This document shows, one piece after another, positions 18,479-27,956 of a stretch of 43,054 nt of DNA (its first letter is position 1; each line of letters opens with the position of its first letter). The DNA is taken from positions 1 through 43,054 of the forward strand of contig CALXMI010000016.1 of assembly GCA_944389435.1 (NCBI GenBank), written 5' to 3'. Source of the DNA: an uncultured Opitutales bacterium. Lineage in GTDB: Bacteria; Verrucomicrobiota; Verrucomicrobiia; Opitutales; UBA9783. A program made the translations under genes and the position numbers. The notes under the pieces were generated by a model. That model did not search any database, had not been told where the DNA came from, and saw nothing but the letters and a program-made list of their open reading frames with translations.

Positions 18479-19327
18479 TCATTCTAAAAAATTGCCGACA
18501 AAGGCTTCGTAATTATCGGGTTGACGAGCTGATAACTTTAGGTAAGTGCCGTTAATAACCCGAATAGGCTGTTCTGCACCAAAGGGCCTTAAAATAAGAC
18601 AACCTTCGTCTGTAACATTCTCAAAAACACCTTCAAGCCATTCTTTCCTGTCTTCATCAAAAACTTCGACATTATAATTCAAATAAGCCCAAAGATGCTG
18701 ACAGTCTTTAAAAAATTGATGCGCACCTATACGACAGTACCAATATAAGTTCTTCGTAAATAGATCCGCAAACGTTTGCGCTGCAGCATAAATTTCCAAG
18801 AAAGAATAATCTGTGTCATTCCTTAGAAGCGATTTTAGAGAGGTAACCGGCTGATCGATGTTTTTAAAAGCAGAAGGGTCTAAGTTAAAATTAAGCCCCA
18901 CACCTATCGTTACCCAATGGCCTTCTGTCCAAGGACGAACATGAGATAAACAGCCACCAATTTTTTTCCCTTTTACAAAAATATCGTTAGGCCATTTCAG
19001 CAAAAAATCAAAATTTTCTTCCGTAAAGCTTTTCAAAAACTGACAAGCTGATATGGCTGCCAATTGCGAAAACGGCAAAACTTTATCCATCAAAAAAACC
19101 AAATTTGCATGAAAATCTATGCGATTGGAATACCAAACTCTATCATGCGACCCCATTCCGTGTGTTTGTTGCCCAGCCAAAACGACGATGAGGTGATTTT
19201 TTTCCATACGACCAAACCAAGACTTTTGCAACGCAAATTTGTGCGTCGACTCCAATTCTTGAAACAAGCAGAATTCCATCTGCGTCGATGAAGGATCGAA
19301 AGAAAAATTTTTATCCGTGTTGTCCAT
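18479..19327 (-). CDS. birA: Biotin--protein ligase BirA (no N-terminal repressor domain evident)
   Basis: 282 aa. GQQTHGMGSHDRVWYS (GRGRxGRxW-like) and KWPNDIFVKGKKIGGCL. Confidence 0.8.
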   Translation of the reverse strand: MDNTDKNFSFDPSSTQMEFCLFQELESTHKFALQKSWFGRMEKNHLIVVLAGQQTHGMGSHDRVWYSNRIDFHANLVFLMDKVLPFSQLAAISACQFLKSFTEENFDFLLKWPNDIFVKGKKIGGCLSHVRPWTEGHWVTIGVGLNFNLDPSAFKNIDQPVTSLKSLLRNDTDYSFLEIYAAAQTFADLFTKNLYWYCRIGAHQFFKDCQHLWAYLNYNVEVFDEDRKEWLEGVFENVTDEGCLILRPFGAEQPIRVINGTYLKLSARQPDNYEAFVGNFLE

Positions 19328-20618
19328 TTATTTTTTGCTTCAGCTCTTTTCGATAAAGGTAAAGCTCCTCCATGTGCTTCTCGGCCCCTACCGGCTTTAA
19401 GTGATAAAATTGCTGCGCTTCATCCCAATAAGATTGGCCTGAAACATTCGACTCAAAATCATGACTGTACTTATAAACGTCCTCCCGATTTAACGGTGTT
19501 TGCTGTAAAGCATTTGGAACCGGCTGCACATTTCCAGACGCCACAAAGGCTTTTGCTGCATTCCAAGCCTTATAAGTACTGTTGCTTTTAGGTGCAAGTG
19601 CCAGAAAAATAGTTACATGAGACAAGTTAATTGCGCATTCTGGCATGCCTATTTTTTCACAAGCCGTATAGGCAGCTGTAGCCAAGCTTAATGCACGGGA
19701 ATCAGCCAACCCTACATCTTCAGAGGCTAAAATAACGAGTCTTCGCGCAACAAAAAGCGGATCTTCACCTCCCTCCAACATGCGCGCGAGCCAGTAAACA
19801 GCCGCGTCCGGATCACACCCACGAACACTTTTTATAAAAGCCGAAATACAGTCGTAATGATCATCTTCGCGTGCATTATAATTGGCATACCAACGGCCCA
19901 ATTCCTTCTGAATCGTATCCTCTTTTAAAACACCGCCGACGGGTACGCTTCGGCAAAGGAATTCAAGCAAATTAAGCCCTCGACGTAGATCACCATTCGC
20001 TACACGCGCCATCTCAGCAATGCTTGCATCCGACACCGTCACATTCAAGGCACCTAAGCCGTTTTGCACATCTTTCAAGGCAATCTTTAATATTTGACAA
20101 ATATCCTGCGCATCCAATGCCTTAAGCTCAAAGACGTAGCTTCGACTTAACAAGGGGCGAATGAGATAAAAAGCCGGATTGTGCGTAGTCGCACCTATAA
20201 GCTGAATGCGACCCGATTCACAGTAAGGTAACAAAACATCTTGCTGTGAACGATTGAAGCGGTGAATTTCGTCGATAAATAGAATGGCTCTTCCTTGGCT
20301 CATTTCTGCCTGACGAAGTTTGTCCCTTAAGTCGTTTAAATTAGACAAAACCGCATTAAGTGGAATAAGCCGCTTATTCAGATGTTGCGCAATAATACGC
20401 GCCAGGGTTGTCTTACCACACCCAGGTGGCCCATAGAGCAAGACGTTGCCAGAGCCACTGTTTTTTAACCAATTTTGAAAAGCGCTATTCTCTGACAACA
20501 GATGAGCTTGCCCCACCATTCCCTGCAATAGCTGTGGCCGCATCCGTTCTGCTAACGGAACCGTCGCTACAGAGACATTAGGGCTGTCAAAAAGCGAAGG
20601 TACGCTATCTTCCAACAT
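19311..20618 (-). CDS. rarA: Replication-associated recombination protein A (AAA+ ATPase RarA/MgsA)
   Basis: 435 aa. Walker A GPPGCGKTTLARIIA, Walker B LFIDEIHRFN, and a MgsA C-terminal domain (DAAVYWLARML..GEDP). Confidence 0.9.
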   Translation of the reverse strand: MLEDSVPSLFDSPNVSVATVPLAERMRPQLLQGMVGQAHLLSENSAFQNWLKNSGSGNVLLYGPPGCGKTTLARIIAQHLNKRLIPLNAVLSNLNDLRDKLRQAEMSQGRAILFIDEIHRFNRSQQDVLLPYCESGRIQLIGATTHNPAFYLIRPLLSRSYVFELKALDAQDICQILKIALKDVQNGLGALNVTVSDASIAEMARVANGDLRRGLNLLEFLCRSVPVGGVLKEDTIQKELGRWYANYNAREDDHYDCISAFIKSVRGCDPDAAVYWLARMLEGGEDPLFVARRLVILASEDVGLADSRALSLATAAYTACEKIGMPECAINLSHVTIFLALAPKSNSTYKAWNAAKAFVASGNVQPVPNALQQTPLNREDVYKYSHDFESNVSGQSYWDEAQQFYHLKPVGAEKHMEELYLYRKELKQKINGQHG

Positions 20619-20620
20619 TA

Positions 20621-21736
20621 CTAGAACCTGGGTTGTCCGTCCTTAGCCCACCAACATCCCTTTAAAATCGTATCCTCTTCATTCATCCGAAGCGTTTGTG
20701 CTTCGCCATCCCACAGATGATCCACTAAAGCGAACAAATTAGCAGCAAGCATTTGACTCGCCGAGGTTGCAACGTTACGTTCCCAATAACCCTCGCCTAA
20801 GATGTAAACACCCTTTGGCGTCTTTATATTGGATCCCGGCACAAGACCTTCCGTATTGCCTCCTGCTTCAACCGCCAAATCCACCACAACACTTCCCGGC
20901 TTCATACCATCTAGCATCTTTTGATTTACAATAAGCGGCGCCTTACGACCAAAAACTTTTGCTGTCGTAACAACGATATCCGAGTGCGCACAAGTTGCCG
21001 CCATTAATTCTCTCTGCCTGTGAAGTTGCTCTTCCGTTAAGGCTTTTGCATAACCTTGTTGCGTGCTCTCGGTTTTACCTAAATCAATTTTTACGAACTT
21101 GGCACCCAAAGAATTGACCTGCTCTTCAACTTCCGGACGCGTATCAAAAGCTTCCACGCGTGCTCCTAAACGCTTTGCAGTCGCAATAGCTTGCAATCCT
21201 GCAACCCCCGCTCCAATAACAAACACATGCGCAGCTTGTAACGTTCCTGCCGGCGTAACCATCATGGGTAACGTCCGCGATAAATATTGCACACCTTTCA
21301 ACACGGCCACATAACCCGCCAAGCTTGATTGCGAGCTTAACGCGTCCATTTTTTGCGCAAAAGACGTCCTTGGAATGCGTTCCAAACTAATAACGTTCGT
21401 CTGTTGTTCTTGAAAAACGGCCGGATGCTCACTGTAGCGAAAGGCATCAAAAAAACTGACATGCCAAGCTTTTGGCTTCATTTTTCGAATGTCGTTTACA
21501 GAAAGCGGCTGCACGTGCAAAATCAGATCTGTCGTGCGCAAAATCTCATCACGTTTATCTGCCGAAACCACTTGAGCACCTGCCTGAATAAAGCCTTCAT
21601 CTGTAAACAAGCTTTTTAAGCCAACACCACTCTCCACAAAAACTTGAATGCCTTTTCGTGCAAACTTTTCAACTGTGTCCGGCGTTACCACAACGCGCGT
21701 TTCTTTTTCATCTTCTCTGGGAACAAAAACTTGCAT
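20621..21736 (-). CDS. pntAA: NAD(P) transhydrogenase alpha subunit part 1 (PntAA, dI domain)
   Basis: 371 aa. IPRTSFAQKMDALSSQSSLAGY, MMVTPAGT, GAGVAGLQAIATAKRLGA and DLAVEAGGN match PntA dI rather than alanine dehydrogenase. Confidence 0.8.
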   Translation of the reverse strand: MQVFVPREDEKETRVVVTPDTVEKFARKGIQVFVESGVGLKSLFTDEGFIQAGAQVVSADKRDEILRTTDLILHVQPLSVNDIRKMKPKAWHVSFFDAFRYSEHPAVFQEQQTNVISLERIPRTSFAQKMDALSSQSSLAGYVAVLKGVQYLSRTLPMMVTPAGTLQAAHVFVIGAGVAGLQAIATAKRLGARVEAFDTRPEVEEQVNSLGAKFVKIDLGKTESTQQGYAKALTEEQLHRQRELMAATCAHSDIVVTTAKVFGRKAPLIVNQKMLDGMKPGSVVVDLAVEAGGNTEGLVPGSNIKTPKGVYILGEGYWERNVATSASQMLAANLFALVDHLWDGEAQTLRMNEEDTILKGCWWAKDGQPRF

Positions 21737-21814
21737 GGTTGTAGTAAATAGAATTGTCGTCTGTTTTTCAACCCATTTATTTAAAAAATAGCCAATCAGC
21801 TCGGAATCCGTAAA

Positions 21815-22738
21815 CTACTCGGTCGCTCGCAGATGATATTTGTTGTATGTTGCTTGCAGTTGCCCTACATCCAAATGCGTATAAATTTGCGTCGTTGAGA
21901 TATCCGCATGGCCCAACATTTCTTGTATACTTCTTAGATCGGCCCCATTTGACAACAGATGTGTAGCAAAAGAATGCCGCAAATGGTGTGGCTTAACAGA
22001 CGGCAATTGAAGCTGCCGTGCGTATTTCTTGATATCCACCCACAAAGTTTTTCGCGAAACCGGGCCACCTCTGGAACTTAAAAACACAAAATTGCCGCTG
22101 TTTTTCTTCAAAAGCAAGGGTCTTCCATGGACCAAATAATACTGCAGATGCTCTTTAGCTACGGATCCCAATGGCACTAAGCGTTCCTTGCTACCCTTAC
22201 CGTAAATTTTCAAAAAATTTTCCTCTAAGAAAAGGTTTTGAAACAATAGGCTGCAAACTTCCGAAATACGCAGGCCGCAACCATACATGAGAGAAATCAT
22301 CGCACGGTCGCGCATACCTTGAGGAGTAGATAGATGCATACAACTTTGCAGATGCGTAATATCGTTTACCGACAACGTATGAGGCAATTCTCGATGTATG
22401 CGAGGACAAACCGTACGCTCCAGCAGGTTTTTCTCTAACAAGCCTTTTTTGACAAGAAAATTAAAAAAACCCCGCAAACTAATCAATTTTCTCGCACGTG
22501 ACGTAGGCTTTTCATTCAAAAGACTCTGCTCCCATTTGGCAACATCCTCTTGGGTTAACGCGCGTACGTCCTTCAAGTTCAAAACCGAAATGAACTGCAA
22601 AATGTCGTAACGATAAGCCTTCTGCGTATTTTCTGACAGACCCTTTTCAAGGTTTAGGAAACCCAAAAACGCCTCTAATTGCTCAAGCGCAACGTCAGCA
22701 ATTTGGGTAGGCTGTTGACTCTCCTTCACTTCTTGCAA
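21815..22738 (-). CDS. XerC/XerD-family tyrosine site-specific recombinase
   Basis: 307 aa. C-terminal RHSFATHLLSNGADLRSIQEMLGHADISTTQIYTHL with the catalytic Tyr. Confidence 0.85.
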   Translation of the reverse strand: MQEVKESQQPTQIADVALEQLEAFLGFLNLEKGLSENTQKAYRYDILQFISVLNLKDVRALTQEDVAKWEQSLLNEKPTSRARKLISLRGFFNFLVKKGLLEKNLLERTVCPRIHRELPHTLSVNDITHLQSCMHLSTPQGMRDRAMISLMYGCGLRISEVCSLLFQNLFLEENFLKIYGKGSKERLVPLGSVAKEHLQYYLVHGRPLLLKKNSGNFVFLSSRGGPVSRKTLWVDIKKYARQLQLPSVKPHHLRHSFATHLLSNGADLRSIQEMLGHADISTTQIYTHLDVGQLQATYNKYHLRATE

Positions 22739-23990
22739 TTAAAACCGTCCCACAGGTATCGTTAAACACGTTAACGGCCGTTCTAAACATATCCAAGATA
22801 CGTTCAACTACCCAAACCACACCGATCGATTCAATGGGCAATCCGACCGAACTTAGTATCATCGTAATGGCAATCAGGCCTGAAGCTGGAATACCGGCAA
22901 CACCTACCGATGTCAACAGCGCCATTAGCACAACCGTTATCTGATCCAACATACCAAAATGAATGCCCTGTGTTACCTGATACAATTGAGCAATGAACAC
23001 CACCACAACGCACTCATAAAGTCCCGTACCACACATGTTGATGGTAATACCCAACGGAAGCGTAAAGCGAGCCGTTTTAGTCGAAACTTTGCTTTTTTTC
23101 TCTATCGTTTCCAAGGCCAACGGCAATGCGGCTGCCGAAGACGCCGTTGAAAACGACATCAACACTACCGGCAACATCGTCCTGTAGTGAGCCCACGGCT
23201 TTATTCTGCCTACATAACGCAACAAAAGATACAAGAAACCAAAGGTATAAAGCGAGAACCCCATCAAAATGGTAAATACGAAAAACAGGAGTGGCCGAAT
23301 CAAATCAAGGCCCGCATTCAGCAATATGGGTGTAACCAAACCAAACACACCTACTGGAGAAAATGAGATAACAATACGCGTTATATTGCGAGTTATCTGC
23401 TGTATACCTTCCCAAAAGCGGAATTGGACATCTCGCAAATGTTCCGGCAAACGACCTACGAAAAATCCGAACAGCAAACTGAAGGTAATAATGCCTAAAA
23501 TTTGCCCATTGTCGGTCGCCGCCTCCAAAATATTAGGTGGCAATATCCGCAAAAAGAACTCTGAAAGTTTGGAATTTTCGACGCTATCAAAGCTTACAAA
23601 ATGATCCGGTAAAACGTTAGCCTGGCCCAAAATCTTTGCTGCCAATTCGGGTCGTGTATGTCCGGGCTGGAATACATTAACGCAAATGAGTCCAATCGTA
23701 ACCGCCACCAAACAAGTTAAAAAATAAAACAAAAACGTCTTTAAGCCTAACCGACGAAATTCTGACTTGGACCCAAAACTCATTATTCCGCAAATAATGG
23801 AAGATGTAATCAACGGCATAACGAGCATCTTCAGCCCGTTCATGAAGAGCTTACCCACCAGTTCGCAAACCTGGATCAATATCTTTGTGCCCTCAGTGGC
23901 CTCAACGTTCAATACCCGCAAAAGGCAAACAACGGTAACACTTGCAATCAAGGCACTGACAACGCCCCAACGCACGAAAAATTTTTTCAT
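22695..23990 (-). CDS. Dicarboxylate/amino acid:cation symporter (DAACS/SLC1 family)
   Basis: 431 aa, polytopic. FSTASSAAALP and NMCGTGLYE motifs typical of GltP-type carriers. Confidence 0.85.
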   Translation of the reverse strand: MKKFFVRWGVVSALIASVTVVCLLRVLNVEATEGTKILIQVCELVGKLFMNGLKMLVMPLITSSIICGIMSFGSKSEFRRLGLKTFLFYFLTCLVAVTIGLICVNVFQPGHTRPELAAKILGQANVLPDHFVSFDSVENSKLSEFFLRILPPNILEAATDNGQILGIITFSLLFGFFVGRLPEHLRDVQFRFWEGIQQITRNITRIVISFSPVGVFGLVTPILLNAGLDLIRPLLFFVFTILMGFSLYTFGFLYLLLRYVGRIKPWAHYRTMLPVVLMSFSTASSAAALPLALETIEKKSKVSTKTARFTLPLGITINMCGTGLYECVVVVFIAQLYQVTQGIHFGMLDQITVVLMALLTSVGVAGIPASGLIAITMILSSVGLPIESIGVVWVVERILDMFRTAVNVFNDTCGTVLIARSEGESTAYPNC

Positions 23991-24111
23991 ACATTACGAC
24001 GTCTTACCTTTTTTCTACAACAATCACAATCTTTTTATGGAATTTTTTACACTTTTACTTTTTTAAGTCTAAAAACCTTTAGTAAAGACAACTTCCTTCG
24101 TTAACATTTTT

Positions 24112-24860
24112 CGACGCGACGTCCTCGGTGCCTTTAAACAAGCGGCTCTTCAAGCATAATTTAGGCCTCCTTGTGCACGTTGCCCAGTCAGAGTTTTACC
24201 AGCTTATAGGGGAGACATAAACTGGGCGTAGGTTAGATCAATCTGGAACACATAAATAAGCCCAGACCGCGTCCTGCTGATTAAGGAACTGCGGACATTT
24301 GCCAACCCCCATGGCCCAAGCTCAAAATGGATGAACGGGGTTGTGGGTTGAGACAGCCCTTAGTCAAGCGGCAAAAGAAGGAATCTTGCTTCCACCGAGA
24401 CAGGAAGTTGGTTTCTTCAGCTTCGAACGGATATCGAGAGTAGGAGTAGATGGAATGTTTGGGTCGATTACAGAGAGGTTCAAGAAAGTTTAGAAGTAAG
24501 TTGAGGGTCAGTTCGGGACGGCTCGTAATCTCAGATCGCGTCCTGCTGATTAAGGAACTGCGGACGGTATCCGAAACCAATACAGGATCGAGTTGCGGAT
24601 GACCACAAAGTTCAGGAGTAGATTGAACCTCTAGACTCTGGATCGCCTTCTACCCTCTTTTGCCCCAGCTTCTTTTTCTCTCTGCCTAGAATTCTTGCTA
24701 ACCTATTGTTGGTACTGAATGTAGGATATGAGACAAAACCGCATCTTAAAGTTTAAGCCTTCTCTGGTTTATTTTAGCTCGGATGAGTTGCGAACGACCT
24801 AACTTTTAAGGTTCGGACTCAATAAACCACACTCCTCCTGCTGCCAAAAACAGCGGGTAG
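24112..24860. repeat. Repeat locus A: degenerate tandem array of a ~270-bp unit
   Basis: The best unit, 24263-24565, is bounded by a 34-nt direct repeat, CAGA(C/T)CGCGTCCTGCTGATTAAGGAACTGCGGAC. Copies at 24263-24296 and 24532-24565 are 33/34 identical, with a period of 269 bp. Degenerate copies lie near 24118, 24741 and 24833. Only one ORF of 60 aa or more is tracked between 24067 and 25031. Confidence 0.8.
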
Positions 24861-25031
24861 GTTGGCTTGACGAAACGAGAGCCAGACGGCGCAAGGTTGC
24901 CAAAGAAAACAATCTCCCAAATTTGTAAATCCAAAACACCTCTAGCTACAGGTTCAAGATAAATGCCATAAAAGCACGGTCTTTAAGTTCCATCCAACAT
25001 GTGCTTATGCTTGAAGACCGCAGTCATGGGA

Positions 25032-25262
25032 TTAGCTTTCGTCTTCTTCCTTTTGGCGCTGAATTTCTTTCATCATTTCTTGCGTATAACGCCGATTAGA
25101 CGACAACATTTGTTCAAAAATGTAGCGCGTAGTTTGCTTTTTCATGCGATCTTGCAATTCCTCTGTTGTTAAGCCTTTTACCTCTTCAACAACAGGAATG
25201 TTTTCCTCCTCTTCGCTCGCTTGGACAGGAACGCTCACCCCAGATATAGGATTAACCGACAT
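25032..25262 (-). CDS. Small acidic hypothetical protein (76 aa)
   Basis: ORF with charged, helical composition (EEEENIPVVEE..., QRQKEEDES). No motif. Confidence 0.4.
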   Translation of the reverse strand: MSVNPISGVSVPVQASEEEENIPVVEEVKGLTTEELQDRMKKQTTRYIFEQMLSSNRRYTQEMMKEIQRQKEEDES

Positions 25263-25352
25263 GGTAATAACTCCGTGTAAAAAATTTCTTTGTTGTTTGT
25301 TTTGAGTTTCGACTCAATCATACGCCGGGTACATTTTAACTCGGAATAGGAC

Positions 25353-25381
25353 TTGTCATACGTCTGTATTTTATGTTATAT
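25353..25381 (+). promoter_or_regulatory. Possible sigma-70-like promoter for the hexapeptide-repeat gene
   Basis: TTGTCA (25353-25358), a 17-nt spacer, then TTATAT (25376-25381). Confidence 0.3.
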
Positions 25382-25401
25382 GAAAAGAGAAAGCAAATAA
25401 A

Positions 25402-26049
25402 ATGATCTATCCACATCAATTATTTCAAGCCTTCCCTTCTCATTTGCCCTTTGCAGAAAGTTTTCCTATGGATGTTGCCGTATTCGAATGGGTTCCACGT
25501 ATCGCCGAAGCGCTCAAAACATTTTTCCAATCTTGTCCGCAAACAGGACGTATTTTTTCAAAAGTGCCTCCACAATTGTACGTAACCGGAGATGTTTATA
25601 TTGGTGAAAATGTTCAATTACCACCCTTTGGTTACATTGAAGGTCCTACTTACATTGGCAAAGGCTGTGTCTTGCGACCAGGCGTCTACATACGAGGCAA
25701 CGTCATTGCTGGCAAAGGCTGCGTTTTGGGCAATTCGTGCGAATTTAAAAATGCCTTGCTGTTGGAATACGTTCAGGCTCCTCACTTCAATTACGTAGGA
25801 GATTCCATCATGGGATCTCATACTCACCTAGGTGCCGGTTGTATCCTGTCGAATTTGAGATTTGATCAACAGCCAATCTGCATGCGTAATCTTAACAAAG
25901 AAAAATTTAATACAGGTCTAAGGAAGCTGGGCGCTATTTTAGGTGATCATGCGGAAGCTGGCTGTAACGCAGTTCTGTTACCAGGCGCGTGCTTATTCCC
26001 TTACACTCAAGTTCTCCCCTGCGAGACTTTCGGCGGGACAAGAGCTTAG
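25402..26049 (+). CDS. Left-handed beta-helix (hexapeptide-repeat) protein, GlmU C-terminal/sugar-nucleotidyltransferase-associated type
   Basis: 215 aa. Successive [LIV]-G-x-x-x-x repeats (YIGENVQL, YIGKGCVL, YIRGNVIAGKGCVLGNSCEF, HLGAGCIL). Confidence 0.6.
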   Translation: MIYPHQLFQAFPSHLPFAESFPMDVAVFEWVPRIAEALKTFFQSCPQTGRIFSKVPPQLYVTGDVYIGENVQLPPFGYIEGPTYIGKGCVLRPGVYIRGNVIAGKGCVLGNSCEFKNALLLEYVQAPHFNYVGDSIMGSHTHLGAGCILSNLRFDQQPICMRNLNKEKFNTGLRKLGAILGDHAEAGCNAVLLPGACLFPYTQVLPCETFGGTRA

Positions 26050-26123
26050 GCAGACAAAAGCTGAAAGTCCCTTATCTACAGCCACAAACAAGCTCTGTCC
26101 ACAGCCTAGCACACTTTGGGGAG

Positions 26124-26729
26124 TTACTTCTGAACTGCTTGCGATTTCAATTGTTGCGCAACCTGGCCTAGAACATCACAGCTGACCACACATGTTTTAC
26201 AAAAACGGTCGTGAATGCCTTGATGCATCGAATGTAGGCATATAAAGAACAGGTTTATGCACATGAAAAATGGCCATGCCGTAAAGAGTAAAAACGTAAA
26301 CAAGGCCGATCTAAATATCCCATCCCATAAATCCAGTGGCTTTAAGGTCGATACCTTTAAAACACGCAAATTAAACACTTGCTTGCCTAAGCTACCACCT
26401 TTTAAGCAAATGCCGTTTACGACAAAATAGCCCCACGTAATAAAGAACAACCAACGATCCATCGTTAAAAACATATCCAAGATATTCTTATTTTCGTTGA
26501 TTTGTGACAAAAGCTCTGAAAACTGTCCTGCCTGCAAATAGCCTGCCGAAGCTTCTAACAAGAACTTAAACTGAATAATCGTATCTGTAAATTGGTAAGG
26601 AATCAAAAATTTGCCAATAATCAGCAAACTTAGAAAAAAAACCAAGATCAAGTCTAAGATATTTGCGAACAGACGACGCCCTACATTAGCAGGCGGCAAC
26701 ATGAGGTGTAATACGTTTAATGATGACAT
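26124..26729 (-). CDS. RDD-family membrane protein
   Basis: 201 aa. N-terminal GRRLFANILDLILVFFL (RDD signature) plus 3-4 TM helices. Confidence 0.55.
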   Translation of the reverse strand: MSSLNVLHLMLPPANVGRRLFANILDLILVFFLSLLIIGKFLIPYQFTDTIIQFKFLLEASAGYLQAGQFSELLSQINENKNILDMFLTMDRWLFFITWGYFVVNGICLKGGSLGKQVFNLRVLKVSTLKPLDLWDGIFRSALFTFLLFTAWPFFMCINLFFICLHSMHQGIHDRFCKTCVVSCDVLGQVAQQLKSQAVQK

Positions 26730-27604
26730 AAATGATAAGCTTTCAATGTATTTTTCATAAGCATAGCAACCGTCATAGGTCCCACTCCTCCCGGGACAGG
26801 CGTAATGGCAGCCACATAACCCTTTAAATCTTCAAAGTTAGCATCCCCATGTAATACATAGCCTCTTTCGTTCTGTGCAGGAACACGAGAAATCCCTACG
26901 TCAACCACGACAGCACCTTTCTTTACATAGAATCGATCGAAACAACACGGACGACCACAAGCCAAAATTAAAATATCAGCTTGTTGGGTTATCGATCGCA
27001 GATCTTTCGTGCGGGAATGGCATACCGTTACGGTTGCGTCGCCCAAAACTCCGTGGCGCAACAAAAGTGCACTCAGAGGTTTTCCGACAATCAAACTTCT
27101 ATTGACGATAACGACATGCTTACCAGCTGTTTCAACGTTGTAATACTTTAAAAGCTCAATTATACCAGCTGGCGTACAAGGACTTATAGCTGGCTCTGAT
27201 TGAATCAAGCGGCCCATGTTGATCGAACAAAACCCATCGACGTCTTTTTCAGGAGCAATGGTGTTGATAACCTTTATAAAGTCCATAGAATCCGGCAAAG
27301 GAGCTTGCACCAAAATTCCATCTACGCTTGCATCCTCATTTAAACGTTTAACCTCGTCTATGAGCATCTGCTCTGTCGTAGTTTCTGAATCAAAAACTTT
27401 CAATAAGCTTCGAATACCAACCTCAGCTGCCCGCTTCTTCTTTTGATTCACATAGGCAACCGAAGCGTCTGCATTCCCCACGCGCAAAAAAACCACGCAG
27501 GGTGGACGACCTGAAAGCTTTGAAACCGCTTCTTTTACCTCCAAAAGCAAATCGCAGGCAACCTCCTTACCCGACAAAAGCCTACAGCACGCACACATCC
27601 TCAA
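26717..27604 (-). CDS. folD: Bifunctional methylenetetrahydrofolate dehydrogenase/cyclohydrolase FolD
   Basis: 295 aa. DGILVQAPLP, DVDGF, PCTPAGIIELL, TVCHSRT and PVPGGVGPMTVAML. Confidence 0.9.
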   Translation of the reverse strand: MRMCACCRLLSGKEVACDLLLEVKEAVSKLSGRPPCVVFLRVGNADASVAYVNQKKKRAAEVGIRSLLKVFDSETTTEQMLIDEVKRLNEDASVDGILVQAPLPDSMDFIKVINTIAPEKDVDGFCSINMGRLIQSEPAISPCTPAGIIELLKYYNVETAGKHVVIVNRSLIVGKPLSALLLRHGVLGDATVTVCHSRTKDLRSITQQADILILACGRPCCFDRFYVKKGAVVVDVGISRVPAQNERGYVLHGDANFEDLKGYVAAITPVPGGVGPMTVAMLMKNTLKAYHLCHH

Positions 27605-27956
27605 CGACGATTTCTAAATAAGGGTCACGATTGACATACACGGGCCTCCCCTTTACCACCACTTCTTTGCCCATAAGCGATTCAAAAACTTGCGGCATTT
27701 TTACCTTTTCTTCACTCGTTAAAAAAGCTATGCACTTGTCTTTTCGAAATAACGCATAGGTATAATGCGACGATAAACGATCAAAAAAACCTAACTTTTT
27801 AATACAGCCATTAAACTCACGAGAAGCCTGTTGAATTTCACTCTTATGCGAAACACCTTGGGCAACGTTTTGCTGCGTTGTTGCATAACTCACCGAGCTC
27901 CTTCCATACAAAGAAACCGATAAAAACAAAAAACATAATGCAAATATTTTTAACAT
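27582..27956 (-). CDS. Secreted/periplasmic hypothetical protein
   Basis: 124 aa with signal peptide MLKIFALCFLFLSVSLYG. Confidence 0.45.
   Translation of the reverse strand: MLKIFALCFLFLSVSLYGRSSVSYATTQQNVAQGVSHKSEIQQASREFNGCIKKLGFFDRLSSHYTYALFRKDKCIAFLTSEEKVKMPQVFESLMGKEVVVKGRPVYVNRDPYLEIVVEDVCVL

Noticed and set aside
21815-22738. Tyrosine recombinase as the missing integrase of the phage-like cluster.
   Set aside because: It lies about 7 kb away on the other strand, separated by housekeeping genes and tRNAs. It has the canonical XerC/XerD length and C-terminal motif, so it is the chromosome dimer resolvase rather than a phage integrase.
24281-24580. 99-aa minus-strand ORF that spans almost exactly one 269-bp repeat unit of locus A. 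It might be read as a repeat-protein gene or pseudogene.
   Set aside because: The composition is S/R/L-rich and looks random. The 269-bp period is not a multiple of 3, so the next unit is out of frame (the boundary motif reads SSLISRTR in one copy and SAVP-stop in the other). The homologous units in locus B are full of stops in all frames. Most likely a chance ORF, though an anciently decayed repeat-protein gene cannot be fully excluded.
24067-25031. Known housekeeping ncRNA (tmRNA, RNase P RNA, 6S, SRP RNA) hiding in the ORF-free regions (the same applies to 38677-39929).
   Set aside because: I find no tRNA-like acceptor/T-arm ending in CCA, no tmRNA tag ORF and no RNase P GAGGAAAGTCC-type box. 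The internal repetition is also incompatible with these RNAs. A cmscan would settle it.
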